A stretch of DNA of 64,000 nt, from NCBI GenBank assembly GCA_965113315.1, contig OZ220368.1, one strand, 5' to 3'. The stretch comes from Podarcis vaucheri (lineage: Eukaryota). This document shows positions 25,188 to 37,480 of the stretch, one piece after another. The first letter of the stretch is position 1; the number at the start of each line of letters is the position of its first letter. The position numbers and the translations under genes were made by a program. The notes beneath the pieces are model-generated. The model was given only the letters and a program-made list of their open reading frames with translations, was not told where the DNA came from and did no database searches.

Positions 25188-26162
25188 TACACATCAACAA
25201 GCTAACTATTAAAATATGACAAAAATTGAGCCATTTCCCCCTCCGTTAAAAAAATATATGCATGAATGTTCTCATAGTCTTAAAGTTGTTTTTTTTAACA
25301 AGAATTTCTAATGATGCATTCCTAGTGTGGGGAGGGAGCAAAAAACCAAAGGTTCAACCACCATATCCCAAACACTGCATGATTTGAGTCATCAGGGAGT
25401 GTCGGAATGGTATTGCATTCCTCTGTCCATTTCCTGTGTTTTATTTATTTTATTTCATTTTTTAAAAAAAAATGTTAATGTTTTCCTCTTCCCACTGAAA
25501 CAATGGGACAGAAATGAGAGAGATTTAGACACCGTTAGAAAGTGTGTCTAAATTTCTTTCTCGTTTGGGAGTGCATCAAGGGACCAGAATGGTTGGGGAT
25601 CCTTCAGGTACCAGCTGTTTCTTAGTTCTCTCTTGGCATGTCTCTGGTCCAGCTCTTTTTTTATCATATCTGATGTTTGGGCCAGGGTGCTAGAACCTTT
25701 AGTTGGGAGCAGGAAATCTGACATAAGATTTCTGTCTACAGCACTTGGGAGTTCTGTCTCTCTAACTGAGGGATGATAACTGAGATATCCCATGGCCCAC
25801 AGAAAATCCTTCCAACAGCCACAGGACTACACACCAATGGAATTCATTAGGTATAATCTTACTAACATTAATATGAGTTAAATGCTTCAAACAAGCATTT
25901 AAATCATATTAATGTTAGTAAGAATCAGCTTCTGGCATTTATACAGCATGTCTGCATTCTTACCGTATGGGTCCTGTGACATGTTTATTTTTTATGTGGC
26001 AACATAGCACATTTACATAGTGCTTCTACATTACAACCACATAGAGACCATATAGTATTATCACATACAGTACTTCTGCATTCCTATAAAATACTTCTAC
26101 ATAGAATACTTCTGTATTCCTACCGTGCAGTCAGCCTTCAGTCTCCCGCAATGAAAGTAATA

Positions 26163-26404
26163 CAGTGGTACCTCAGGTTAAGTACTTAATTTGTTCTGGA
26201 GGTCCATACTTAACCTGAAACTGTTCTTAACCTGAAGCACCACTTTAGCTAATGAGGCCTCCTGCTGCTGCCACGCCGCTGGAGCACGATTTCTGTTCTC
26301 ATCCTGAAGCAAAGTTCTTAACCTGAAGCACTATTTCTGGGTTAGCAGAGTCTGTAACCTGAAGCGTATGTAACCTGAAGCGTATGTAACCTGAGGTACC
26401 ACTG
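26163..26404 (+). mobile_element. Tc1/mariner (Tigger-like) MITE
   Basis: Same family; TA flanks; internal TAACCTGAAG repeats. Confidence 0.9.
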
Positions 26405-27240
26405 TAAAAGTTTGTAACAGCTGAAGAGAGATATCCAGTAATAACATGTGAAAAAATAGGTAACTAAAAGCAGCTTTGTTGGAGACTACAACCAAAATAA
26501 CATTCCGGGAATGCAAATTGTTTTTAGTGAGCTTACAAGGGTGTGTGTGTGTGGATCTCTTCCTAATTCCACTGCCAAAACAGTCTTCAAAAGCTACATC
26601 CTCTGCATTTAATATTTGTATGTGCACTCGCGGTTGTGCATACTGGAGACATTTCCTCAGTGATACAAGTTCCCAAATGACTACTCGTTGGCAGCTTACA
26701 TAACGATGCAGTCTTTTAGGTAGCCATAGCTATTCTCAAATTGAATACACTGACTTGCATTTGCTCCACCAATGGGAAATTATGGGATGTTATAGCATGT
26801 TACAAAGATAGAGGCTAATCCTCTTTTCAGGCTCAAACTGCAGACTTGGAAAATGCAAACCTTTGCAGCATCCACGCTGAGAACTACTGCACCTAACTGC
26901 ATCAGGTTTTTCAAACCACATCTTTCCCAGCCACAGGCACAAAATAGTTTTAAAGTTTTTAAAAATATTGTACTCAGGACTAAAATCAGATAAAAACACC
27001 AATGCTAGCCAAATGGATAGATTGCCTTGAACCTAGTAATGTGGAGGTGAAACTTACCATTGGGTGTGTTGCTATGGAACAAGATGGCACAGGTACAATT
27101 TTAAATCCATTTTTGTGTTTCGTTTCATTACAAAACAGGTACTTTAATTGCCAAAATACACCGACGGCTAGTTTCATTAGCAAGCACTCTATTAAAATAG
27201 CCTAGTATTTAAAGAAATGGAGATAATAAAGAATGCTTAC

Positions 27241-28041
27241 CTTGAGCGGGGTCAGGGGGACCAAACTCTAGAGAATATCGTAGGATGAAGTTGTTGTTCC
27301 ACACATACAGTTGATTGTCTCTTGGATTGTAATCCACAGCAGCAATGTAATGGTACATGTTGGGGAAAGGGATATCTACATATTCTCCTCTGAATAACCG
27401 AGTGTTGTAAATGTAATCAATTGAGTTCTTGCCGGTTTCACTTTCATTGTCTTGGTATACGGACCGCACAACGTAGAGCACCCCGCATATCATAAAGGCG
27501 TTAGATGCTGCCCGTTTGTCATACGTAGTTTCCCACGTTGCCTCGAAACGCAAGGTATAAGGATTCAGTTGGCTAATAACTATCATCCCATTGTTTTGTT
27601 CCGTGGCGTAAATGACCCACAAGCCATTTTCGTCAACTGCCAAATCAATGTCAGTCTTCCCTCCCCACCTGTAAGGGGAAGTGTCGTGGTAGTTGGCATA
27701 ATTTATAATTGCCTCTCCACTCTTAATTCTAGTCCTCAAATCGAACTTTACAATGTTCCTAGTTCTTTCCTTGTTAAAAAAGACAGCACCATCGTATACC
27801 ACAAATCCAGTACCATCCACTCGGTTTGGAAGTTTGTATGTCGTCTGCTGGCGTCCATTTTGGAAGTCCTCTAAAGAAGCATATTCTATCAAAGTATCAG
27901 TACGGTATGGCGTCCACGGCATGAAGTAGATTTTATCCGCAGCTTGAAGAGGGTCCTTGCACCAGGCACCTGCCTTTTGTTCCGCTTCATATAAATTTGG
28001 GGAATCCACAACGGCTTTCAATGTCCCAGGGCAAACAAAAA
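27241..28041 (-). CDS. ADGRL2: ADGRL2 exon, olfactomedin domain (801 nt)
   Basis: ctgctag|TTTTTGTTTGCCCT...GCTCAAG|gtaagc encodes [32 protein letters not shown]...EFGPPDPAQ. Overlaps ORF 27209..28021. Confidence 0.98.
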
Positions 28042-28240
28042 CTAGCAGTCGCAGAGAAGAAGCAAGACAAGATTAATTTTTTAAAACAATAAAAAAAATG
28101 TGCATGCTACCAATTAAAGTCAAGGTAAAAAAATCACAAGTGACAATAAAGAAGAAAAGATCCAATTAACTGGCAACAATACTTTGTAGCTCATATGTAA
28201 TTAATGCATGTATTACCCTTTGTCATCCATGCTTCTTAAA

Positions 28241-28254
28241 GTTACCATAGTAAC
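28241..28254. promoter_or_regulatory. Candidate RFX X-box
   Basis: GTTACCATAGTAAC fits the GTNRCC-N(0-3)-RGYAAC consensus. Function not shown. Confidence 0.45.
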
Positions 28255-28483
28255 CAGTATGTGAAGTGTTTTCGCTAATATCACCCAAGGTCGCATCTAT
28301 GGCGCATCTATGCATCTGGAAGCAGATAACTACGCTTGCATTTATGATGAAGACAGGATTTATTCTCCAGACCTTTCAACTGGTGTACAACACTTCAATG
28401 GATTTAAACTCATAAAACTTGTAGGAACTTTAATAAACTGTGAGGTTGAAAACAACAGTGCCTTGATATTATATCTATATATA

Positions 28484-28664
28484 CGGTGGAACCTTGGAAG
28501 TTGAACACAATCCATTTTGGAAGGACATTCGACTTCCGAAACATTTGAATTCCAAGGACCCTGATTGGCTGACAGCTAGGCTTTTTGCAGACTGGAATCC
28601 ATGTCGGATGTTCGGGAGCCGAAACGTTCCAAAATGGAGGCGTTCGGGAACTGAAGTTTGAATG
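28484..28664. mobile_element. Older Tc1/mariner-like MITE
   Basis: TA-CGGTGGAACCTTGG...AAGTTTGAATG-TA degenerate TIRs with internal inverted segments. Confidence 0.55.
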
Positions 28665-29198
28665 TATCTATATAGATCTATAGATATATGCGCTTTTAGT
28701 TTTGGGGTTTGTTTGTGTGTGTGTAACCCGTGTGTGTGTAAAATATATACACAGATCTTCATTAGGAGCAACAAAAAAATAAAGGACAACCAAAGCGATG
28801 GATGAAACAGACCAGGGACCCCTGTAATTATGGCATGCTATGGAGTGGGTTCTGGAAGCCAAGCAAGATGAGGGTTCATTAACAAGATTTAGTCAAGGGT
28901 GAGAGAAAGACAGGGAAAGAGAAAGAAAGGGAGGAAGAAAGCAAAAGGGAGCGTCTGTCCCGGAGCAGGTACACCAGACACTAAATCCCGCCACCTGCTT
29001 TAAGTAGCCGAGTCAGTTCAGCAGCCCAGCCCGTTTACTGCAAAGTCGACTTCTTTATGAGGGGCGCTTATGAGATCCTGCTGACCACCATAGTTACCAG
29101 AGTGTTGTGGGGAAGGGAAGGGGTGGAGGAGGTTAACATCCATAAGGCACATAACAAGGAGCTGGGGGTGGGGGTTTGGGACTATATACGTTATTTAC

Positions 29199-29213
29199 CT
29201 TTTTGCTCCACTT
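29199..29213 (-). CDS. ADGRL2: ADGRL2 alternatively spliced microexon KVEQK (15 nt) between lectin and olfactomedin
   Basis: Long polypyrimidine tract, then gaaatag|AAGTGGAGCAAAAAG|gtaaat. Phase 1-1; matches the known latrophilin KVEQK insert. Confidence 0.92.
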
Positions 29214-29985
29214 CTATTTCAAGCATCGGAAGAAAAATGAAAAAAAAAAGTGCAAGGGAAAAAAGAAGAAGATTAACACATATTGACTATTAGGCGAAGA
29301 TTAAATTAGTTCACAAGATGTTAAACACAGGGAGAATAAGAAGTGCACTACATTGGATAGAGAGAAACAGACAACAGGAAAACCTAGCAGGAGAAAGATT
29401 CTAAAGTTACATAAGTGAACATGGATCAATCATTTTAGTAGGTTAAAGAGACAGTACTGAAAATGCTCGTATGTAGTTTCACTTAGTCAACCTGAATAAA
29501 TAATGAAAGACTTGACTAATGCATGATATACCTATCCTTCCCTTTTCAAAGCCCCAAGCAAAATCCTGTCAACTTTATCTTTTTTAAAAAAAAAACCCTT
29601 CTATTAATATGATATGCACATTATAGATATATTATGTATGTCACTATATATACATTTTTTAAATAAGAAAAACCCTTTGGTTTAAGAAGAGTGAAGGCTT
29701 CAACAAGTCAACCGTGCTCTAAAAATCATAGAAATCACAAGTTAAGGTTGATGCGTTAACTTTCTCACCATGTAAGTAGTAAAGATGTACAATCTCATAG
29801 ATTGCTTACAAACTGCACACACAGTTCACCTTAACATTCAGGCTTAAGTCTCTCTCTTCCTCTGCAAGTTGGCAGCAACACAGATGTGGGAGGTAGTGCT
29901 CATAAAATATTTGCTCTTGAAAGGTTTAGAGTTCTGCTCATATTGAACCAAATGTAAAACCAGCAAAGTTTGAACATTAGCGTAG

Positions 29986-30075
29986 AATCATGGAACCGTA
30001 GAGTTGAAATAGTTTTGCCCAATGTGGGGCTTGAACCAATTCAAGGTCTCATGCTCTACCAATTGAGCTATCTAT
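29986..30075 (-). mobile_element. tRNA-derived SINE fragment with CR1-like tail
   Basis: Minus strand TAGCTCAATTGGTAGAGCATGAGAC...GGTTCAAGCCCCACATTGGG followed by a ...GATTCT tail. Confidence 0.6.
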
Positions 30076-32610
30076 AGTTTAATGCCCAAATCCTTACAAG
30101 ACTGCCCCTAGTCTTATCTCTCTGTACACACCCTTCATCTTTCAGCCTTGCTGCAGAACCTGTAAGCAATCCCAACTGGGTGGAATCAAATCAGTCCTCT
30201 TTGTCTTATGGTATCTGCTAACCAAGGAGGGGTGTGTTTTGTTGATTTTGCCCCTGCAGCCCCCTGTTCTAGGGGATCGTCCCAAACATATTTTCAGGGC
30301 TACTGCTAGAGAGAGAAATTGTCAAAAATTGCTACACTCCTCCTCTAGTGGACACATCCCATTGGACCCAAAGCCTTTGAACAGGGGTGTACCATACTTC
30401 TCATTTTGCTTACATGGTGCAGAAATTAAAGCCAAACTCTTACGTTTTCCATGCTTTTGCAGACCAAGCGTCATTTGTCAGCTTTTACTCTTCTGCTAAA
30501 CCAACCATTTCTTGTTTTTAGAGGTTCCTTTTAAAAAGGAAAGTAAAGAAAGCAACTAAATTAGATGATTTTTGTGTGTATGTGTGAAATTTTGCACAAT
30601 GGACATCTGTACAGAGGCTCAGTTGAGGACTCCTTTTCTGTGCTTTCCTGCTTGGTTGTAAGAAGTGCAGCAGCAGCAGGTCCCTTGCCACATGCAAGCC
30701 CATTCACACATTATATCAGACCTCAGCAGGTCAACATTGAACTGTCTCAAGCACAAAGAAGAACAGAGTGCATGCAGAGCAGACAAGCGTTTAGAAGACA
30801 TCCTGCAAGACATTTTCGTTTTGCAGGTAAGGAACACTGAAGTTGGAAGTGAGGTTCAAACACAAGCATCACCTTCCCCTCACAGACACAGATTCACTCT
30901 TTCACTCAGATCTGCTCCACCACTGAGCTATGACGCCTTCTGTTACTTAATTCTACGGCACTACTGATTTCTCTCCTGCTCACATAAACTTCCACAAGCA
31001 GGCTGATCCTCTTCCATTCCACCATGCGGGAGGCAAGATCACTTTTCCAGAATCTGCATGCACTCTGCCTCTTTTTGAAATGGCTGTTGCCAAGTTAAAG
31101 GAAGCAACCTTCAGGGAGGTTACGGTATGCGATTTCCCTAGCAAAATGAGAAAGGGCTTTTTTCCTCCTCTCTTTCCTGAGTCAAATAGCTGGTTCCACA
31201 CCTTCAGAGAAGAGGTTCCCCTCTTCATGTAGGATGAGAAGACTCAACCTGGCAGAGAGTGGAAATATATCCTTCTGTGCTCAGAGTTATGCAGCCAGCT
31301 CACACCCCAGGAGAGAATACGTTGCTTTCCCCTTCCTTTCAAGGGAAGGCTTTCTCCCATCTCCCTGACAGAACAGGAAAGCTGATTGGAGGAGCAGAAA
31401 ATAAGCAGTTTTATAGCTGCCAACTAAGCTTCTGCTAACGGGAGAGTCCCAAGGGTTGAGTTCCATTCACAGGATTATCCTGAACTGATCTCCCCTTTAA
31501 CCTGCACCACCTTTGCCCGTTGAAAATCTGCTGCACTGCAGAATGAGGTGTGGCACAGGGGGCTGCAGGAGCAAGGGCACATGGGCAAAAAAGTACTGTT
31601 CCACTTCTGATGTGCTGGGAACATCTGATGGACTACAGTTCCTTCCACAAATGGAATGGGGATACTTAAGATCTAAGTCTCTGTTGCATCCTGGTTGAAG
31701 AGAGACAGTATTGGATGGGAAGCTTCCTCATCTGCCCGTCCGTCTGTCGGCCCCTCCATCTCTCTCCCCACCCCACCCCCATCCACCTCTCTATCCTGAA
31801 ACAGCATGGCTTCTAGTTTGCTATGTATGTCACTTTTAGACAATGAGGTTTAGCAAGCATTATAATAGCATGCACTATATAACTTGTTCCCCTTTCCACT
31901 GATCGAAATGGAAACTTCTGAGATCTCATCGTTTTAGAAATACCAAATGAATTTTCATCAAACCAGCAAAAGGGGGACCCCTGCAAATATTCTTGAAATG
32001 TTTGACATTCGCTAAAGCACCAAAAGCAATGGGAAAGCAAGAAGAAAAAGAAAGAATCTCTTTGAAGGGGAGTGGAGGGTGGAGAGGGGAGGGAGAAAAG
32101 CCACCACAATTCACCATGGCTAGCTAAATAAATAAATAAACAAAGTGAGGGAGCATACCTTATTTATTTATTTATTTATTTATTTATAAAAAATCTGTCT
32201 GAAATTTAATCAGTTGATAAAACTTTAAAAATAGATACTTTGTTCAGAAGTCACACAAAACAACTTGAACCTGTGTAAAACGGAGGTTTCAGTCTTTAGA
32301 ACAGAGAGATGTGCTGAAAAACCAGGTTGTCTTAACTACGGAACTTCTCCTGAGGCTTCATAACATAGTAAAAAAGTGTTATATGTGTATTATATTTCCT
32401 ATTCCCACCATCTGATTGCGCCCTGCCCTTCTTTCTTATAAGGGGAGGTGGCTCATTTGTGTTATTATTATTATTATTTTTTGTGGGGGTGCTTTTGTAG
32501 TGCTGGATGAGAAATGCAATGACTTTTTAATCTTGACGTGAAACATCTGCTTAAGAGAAATAAGCACAAAACTCTAGAAAGAAGAAACAAAGCACAGTAA
32601 GCAATTAAAA

Positions 32611-32866
32611 GAAGAAGAAGAAGAAGAAGAAGAAGAGTTTGGATTTGATATCCCGCCTTTCACTCCCTTTAAGGAGTCTCAAAGCGGCTAACATTCTCCT
32701 TTCCCTTCCTCCCCCACAACAAACACTCCGTGAGGTGAGTGGGGCTGAGAGACTTCAGAGAAGTGTGACTGGCCCAAGGTCACCCAGCAGCTGCATGTGG
32801 AGGAGCAGGGACGCGAACCCGGTTCCCCAGATTACGAGTCCACCGCTCTTAACCACTACACCACAC
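32611..32866 (-). mobile_element. MIR/Ther1-derived SINE (Squam3-like) with (TTC)n tail
   Basis: Minus strand GTGTGGTGTAGTGGTTAAGAGCG (A box), GGTTCGCGTCC (B-box-like), core TGACCTTGGGC; highly similar copy at 58815-59073. Confidence 0.85.
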
Positions 32867-35800
32867 AGGTGAGCACCAGAAACTTAGCCCACTCAGAAAT
32901 TCTTCAGTATACAATAATCTCAAATCAGAAGCCTAGTTTACAAAGCGAATCTTACCAAATATTCATAAATCTCTATGAAATCTTTGCCCCGTCATCACAA
33001 TAAAAGAAAAACGTGGAGTGGGGGGGGTTGGTTAGCTAATGCAACTTACTCAATTCCAAGGCAGGAGTATATTAAATACTTGTAGATAGATAGATATCCC
33101 AGTACAGCAATCTGTTCTGGTCAAGGCAGTGCAACAAACAGAGCTGATTTCTGTGCACATAGGATTGCATGCACATAGCAGCTTTCTCCATTGAAATGAA
33201 TTGGAAAGCTTGCACATTTATCAGAGTAAATGAAGGACTCAGCATTGGGATGAGAATGTATAAGCTAACTTTTGTCCAATAATGGCTAGCTATAAAAAAA
33301 TGCATTATTTTGCTAAGAAGGAAAAGCATACACCTTGGAGAAAATGCTGGCCATGCCATTCTTTATGTAGCATGTCTCAATTGCAAGCTAATGTACGCAA
33401 TATTTTATAATAAATATACTTTTTAACAGTGGCATTATCCACGAAACATTTTCCTGCCAAAGACATGACTGGTACATGAAACAATCATGTTGCATTGTGT
33501 TCCATCATAATCCACCAGTAAGAGGAAGATTGCACCTGCTTAGGATGAATAGTAGTAAAACAGTGGCATAAAGACAAGGATAACATAATTATTAGTGATA
33601 TGTCGGCTGTGAGTGCACAGTTGTACAACTGTGCATTTTCAGGGACAGATGGGTTTGCTAAAGTAAACAAAAACTGCAAGTTCAATCAGTGCAGCTAATG
33701 AATGGAACACTTGAATATTTCCCACTGAATTCCTGGGTCCAAGCAAGGCTTAAAATAAAATATCATGCACAGATGTAGGAAGTGGTGCTTCTGATGTGCT
33801 TATTAATCCTAAAAGGACTGACTTGGGTTATTTGAAGTATCAACATATATTGTGCAGTATAATTGAGAGAAATGTCAAGTGGGGTTCTCTCAATTCCTCT
33901 GTAATTTAATCAATAACACTCTTATTCAAGGAAAAAGCAATGCATTTTTAGCTTGATTTAGAATTCTCATTTTAGTAGCAATTCATCTACAGCAGCTTTC
34001 TTGTTGAAAAGGTTTTTTGGGGGGAGCAGGAACCATTGGCAGTAGACGGGATTTTTGAAAAAACGAAACAAATAGAGAGCTATTAGAACCCAAGACACTT
34101 AATCAATTGAGAAGAATCCTCGCAACAGTAATACATATCTAAATGCAGTCCATAAAGAAGCAAGAAGACAACAAATGATGTGAGGGTTTCGTATCCTGTA
34201 TGATACATAGCTCTAATCATTTACCAAAGAATCCAATTACAGCACCATTCCAGGTTTCAGTGAATAGATGGAGTTGCAATGAGATTGCAGAACAAGTTTT
34301 GTTGATATTTGTTTCAATCATTTTAGGAAGGAATGCCACATCCAAAAAATAATGGAAATGTGTGTGAACACTGGAATGGCCAGCTACCATAGTCAACATT
34401 TGCCTGAACAAGTCTCTGGTAGGGCATGGTGTTACTCCATAATCCAAATTGCAGTTTTGAATTTTTAAGTGATGACAGGAATTGTGCACTGTGACAATGG
34501 AAGTACTTGAAAAGTTACCACAGTTTTTATCAGGTGGGTGAACTCTCCGAGACAGATGCCATGTTCTGTCCTGTTAAGTGATGGCAACAGAGAACCGAAA
34601 TGGCCAGAAGTGGTAAAGGAAAAGCAAGAAGAAGGGTGACTGCAGTTGTGCATTGGTGCTACTAGGTCCAAAAGACCAAGAGTGTGATCCAGTGCATTTC
34701 AACTCAGATCTAAATCCTACTGGGCCTACTCCCAAGTAATATGGTAGAGAACTGCAGCCTGGTAAATCTGGAAGATTGCCCTGAAGCTGGTCTGCCGAAC
34801 ATGTCTTGGGATTGATCACACTCTGTAGTGACTGGTATGTTTTCCACATTTATACTGCCGCTGCCTCTGAAGAAATGCTAAATGGTAAATCTGGGTCTGA
34901 CAGCCTCCATCAGTCCCCATTAGGAGACAATCAAAGATGATGGCAGGTGGGAACCCAACCTCATCTCCTGTTTCCCAACTCTTGTTGTAAAGTGTGATGG
35001 CAAAAGGCAATTTCTCTAAGTGGCTTCTTATGGCAGTATATTGACTATCTGGGAATGCATGTACCTGCTTCACACTTAGATGCTTTCTTGTAAGTGTGAC
35101 AGGCACTCCTATATATATCCTTTACATTGTTTTGAGGCTACTTCCCTAGGTTACTATTAAAAACATATACCGGTAGGTATACAGAAAATTATGGCAGTGG
35201 CCCATAAACAGGCATTTTCTGCCATTGCACCTTCTCTTCTGAAAGCTCTTCCCTGTGCTATATACTTCACATGCCCCTTGAATACATACTGTTTTTGCTT
35301 TTCCCGACCATTAACTCTGGACCCTATACCCTGTATTCATTGACACTGTTATTATAGTTGAGGTTTTTATACTGATGTTTGTTTATACTGTTTATATGTT
35401 GTACACTAAATGTAACACGGAGAGCATGAATTTACTACAAGGAGCAAGCTTTGGCACTCTGCCTAGTTCACTTTTCTTCCAATCTTGGAATTTTCCTCCC
35501 ATTTCCTTAACTTTCCCCCTCTAATTTCCCCATCACAAGAGACTATTCATAATCTGTACTGAGCTCCAAGGATTTTTAAGGAGAAAAATCATTATTCTCT
35601 TGCTTTTATATACAATCACTGTGCATTCTAGGCTATATGGCAGGACATAAATCACAAGTAAATGAACTAAATGAATGCTATGGCTCCCTGAGATCTCCAT
35701 GCTCTTTGGGGGGGGGGTGGCAGTGCTTCAAAGTATGCAACCAAGGAACCTTTCCTCACAATTTAGGTTCCTTAAGCAACTTTGGTTCTTGGGATGCTGG

Positions 35801-36659
35801 TTCACATGCGTCCTTCTTAACACAAATGTTTTGCATACCATGGCTTAAGATGGCACTGTAGGGAAACAAACAAGGAGAAACCCAGATCTACTCATCACTC
35901 ATGGGTCCCTTAGATGGAAGTGACAGGAAAAATGAAATGCTGTATGGGCGGAAGAGTCTAAAGGGAAAAAAAATGTTCACCCACCAAAGGTCAAGTGTGG
36001 GTTAGCCAAAAAACAAAAACCAAACAAAAACCGAGGGCTACAGACTAGAAACTGTGCAGTCAGTCCCTTCATGCTCACTAATCATGCTCAAAATAAAAGT
36101 AATTGACAGTGCAGTGTATCAGAGCTCTATTAGCAGAAAAGGAGCGCAGAAGATGTGTATTGCTAGACAAGGATGGTCTCTTCTCTCCTTGGCCTTGAAC
36201 CTGAAACACATGATGGATGTAAGTGCATTAACTCAAGCACAGGGGAACAGAGCAGTGCAATTCAGTGCTTTGATGCAAGTACACAGGGCACACAATGACA
36301 ATTTCAGAAGCAGCGCTGACAGGGTTGTAGCAAAAGTGACACTAGGGCTTCAGATATTCCAGTAATTCAGACACTTGTTGCAGCTCAATAAGGACTGTTG
36401 CAAACCACTTCATGTAGATACAGAAAACTTCCGTCTCATTACAAAGGAAATGTCAACCTTAAAAGAAGAAGACCACAGAGAAGGATTTGGGTTTTGTACA
36501 GAGAGAAGAAAGCAGATTTTTAAAACAAAACTTCAAAAGAAAAGAGAGAGATATTTAAAAGCAGGTAGTTACAGAAAAGCGGGGAGATTGAAGTAAGTAA
36601 ATAAAGCTCATCTGAACATTTTGAGTGACACCAGAAATAAGAGGAAATTTACATGACAA

Positions 36660-37480
36660 ATGTGTAGATAATATTGGCATCACTATTATTAGCCCCATTC
36701 TGGTGTTCAATCTCCTTGCATTTAAACAAGCCCATTAGGAGAGTGGAGGCCCAGCGCAAAGCCCCTTCTGGTGTGTCATCTCTGAACAGTTTAGAGCCCT
36801 TCACAATACTGAGTGGGGATTGCACAGTTGTTCTGAGTGCAGCAGAAACCCTGAATCTCCTGCAAGAAGCATGTAGCTTTTCCTTCTCAAGGAGGCTCAG
36901 CAAGTGCCTAGGCACATTAGCATGTAACACACTGAACCCGGATCGGAACTCTGTAAGGCTGAGGCAAAAGCAGGACAAAGAAGTAGAAGCATGTCTAACA
37001 TCTACACCATGGAGGAAAGCCTTACTTGGTATCCAACCAGCTAACCCACAACATTAGACTGAGGTTCATTCAACAGAAAATCTTCTTCTGGGCCTAATGG
37101 GCACCAACATGCCTTAAGCACAGGGGCATCACATCCACAGATTACTGCTGGAGGTATAAATAGCTGCCCAGTAATCCAACGCTTCTGAAAGGAAGTACAG
37201 AGTTCTGGACAAATCCCGGTTGATAGGAGATGCCAACACAACAATTGGCTCCACACCGGCCAGGTGGGGGTTACCAAAAGGACAGGAATGATGGTTCTAC
37301 TCTGGCAGCAAAGTGAATAATCCTTCAGTGTTGGAAAGGACATCATATGTGGAAAACTGGATGCAAGACCTCCTGCAACTAACCACCCATGAGAAAACTC
37401 TGCTCAGGTTTTCATGCACTGCATGAAAAGCTAAGTTTCCAATAGATTTGGAAAACACATTTCGAAATCTCCACCACGTT
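36660..37480 (+). mobile_element. Decayed L1-clade LINE ORF2 C-terminal remnant
   Basis: Broken frames read ...PWRKALLGIQ...NIRLRFIQQKIFFWA*WAPTCLKHRGITSTDYCWRY / SCPVIQRF*KEV / NWMQDLLQLTTHEK, resembling the L1 Cys-rich (zf-RVT) region. Boundaries approximate. Confidence 0.7.

Noticed and set aside
26161-26406. Regularly recurring TAACCTGAAG units resembling a CRISPR-like array
   Set aside because: Internal repeats of a TA-flanked MITE in a vertebrate intron; no unique spacers or cas genes.
27209-27240. Read-through of the olfactomedin exon to an intronic stop ([10 protein letters not shown]) as a secreted isoform
   Set aside because: The donor AAG|gtaagc is strong, a nearby stop is expected by chance, and only a common ATTAAA lies downstream.
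27452-27874. 140-aa plus-strand ORF
   Set aside because: Antisense shadow of the olfactomedin exon.
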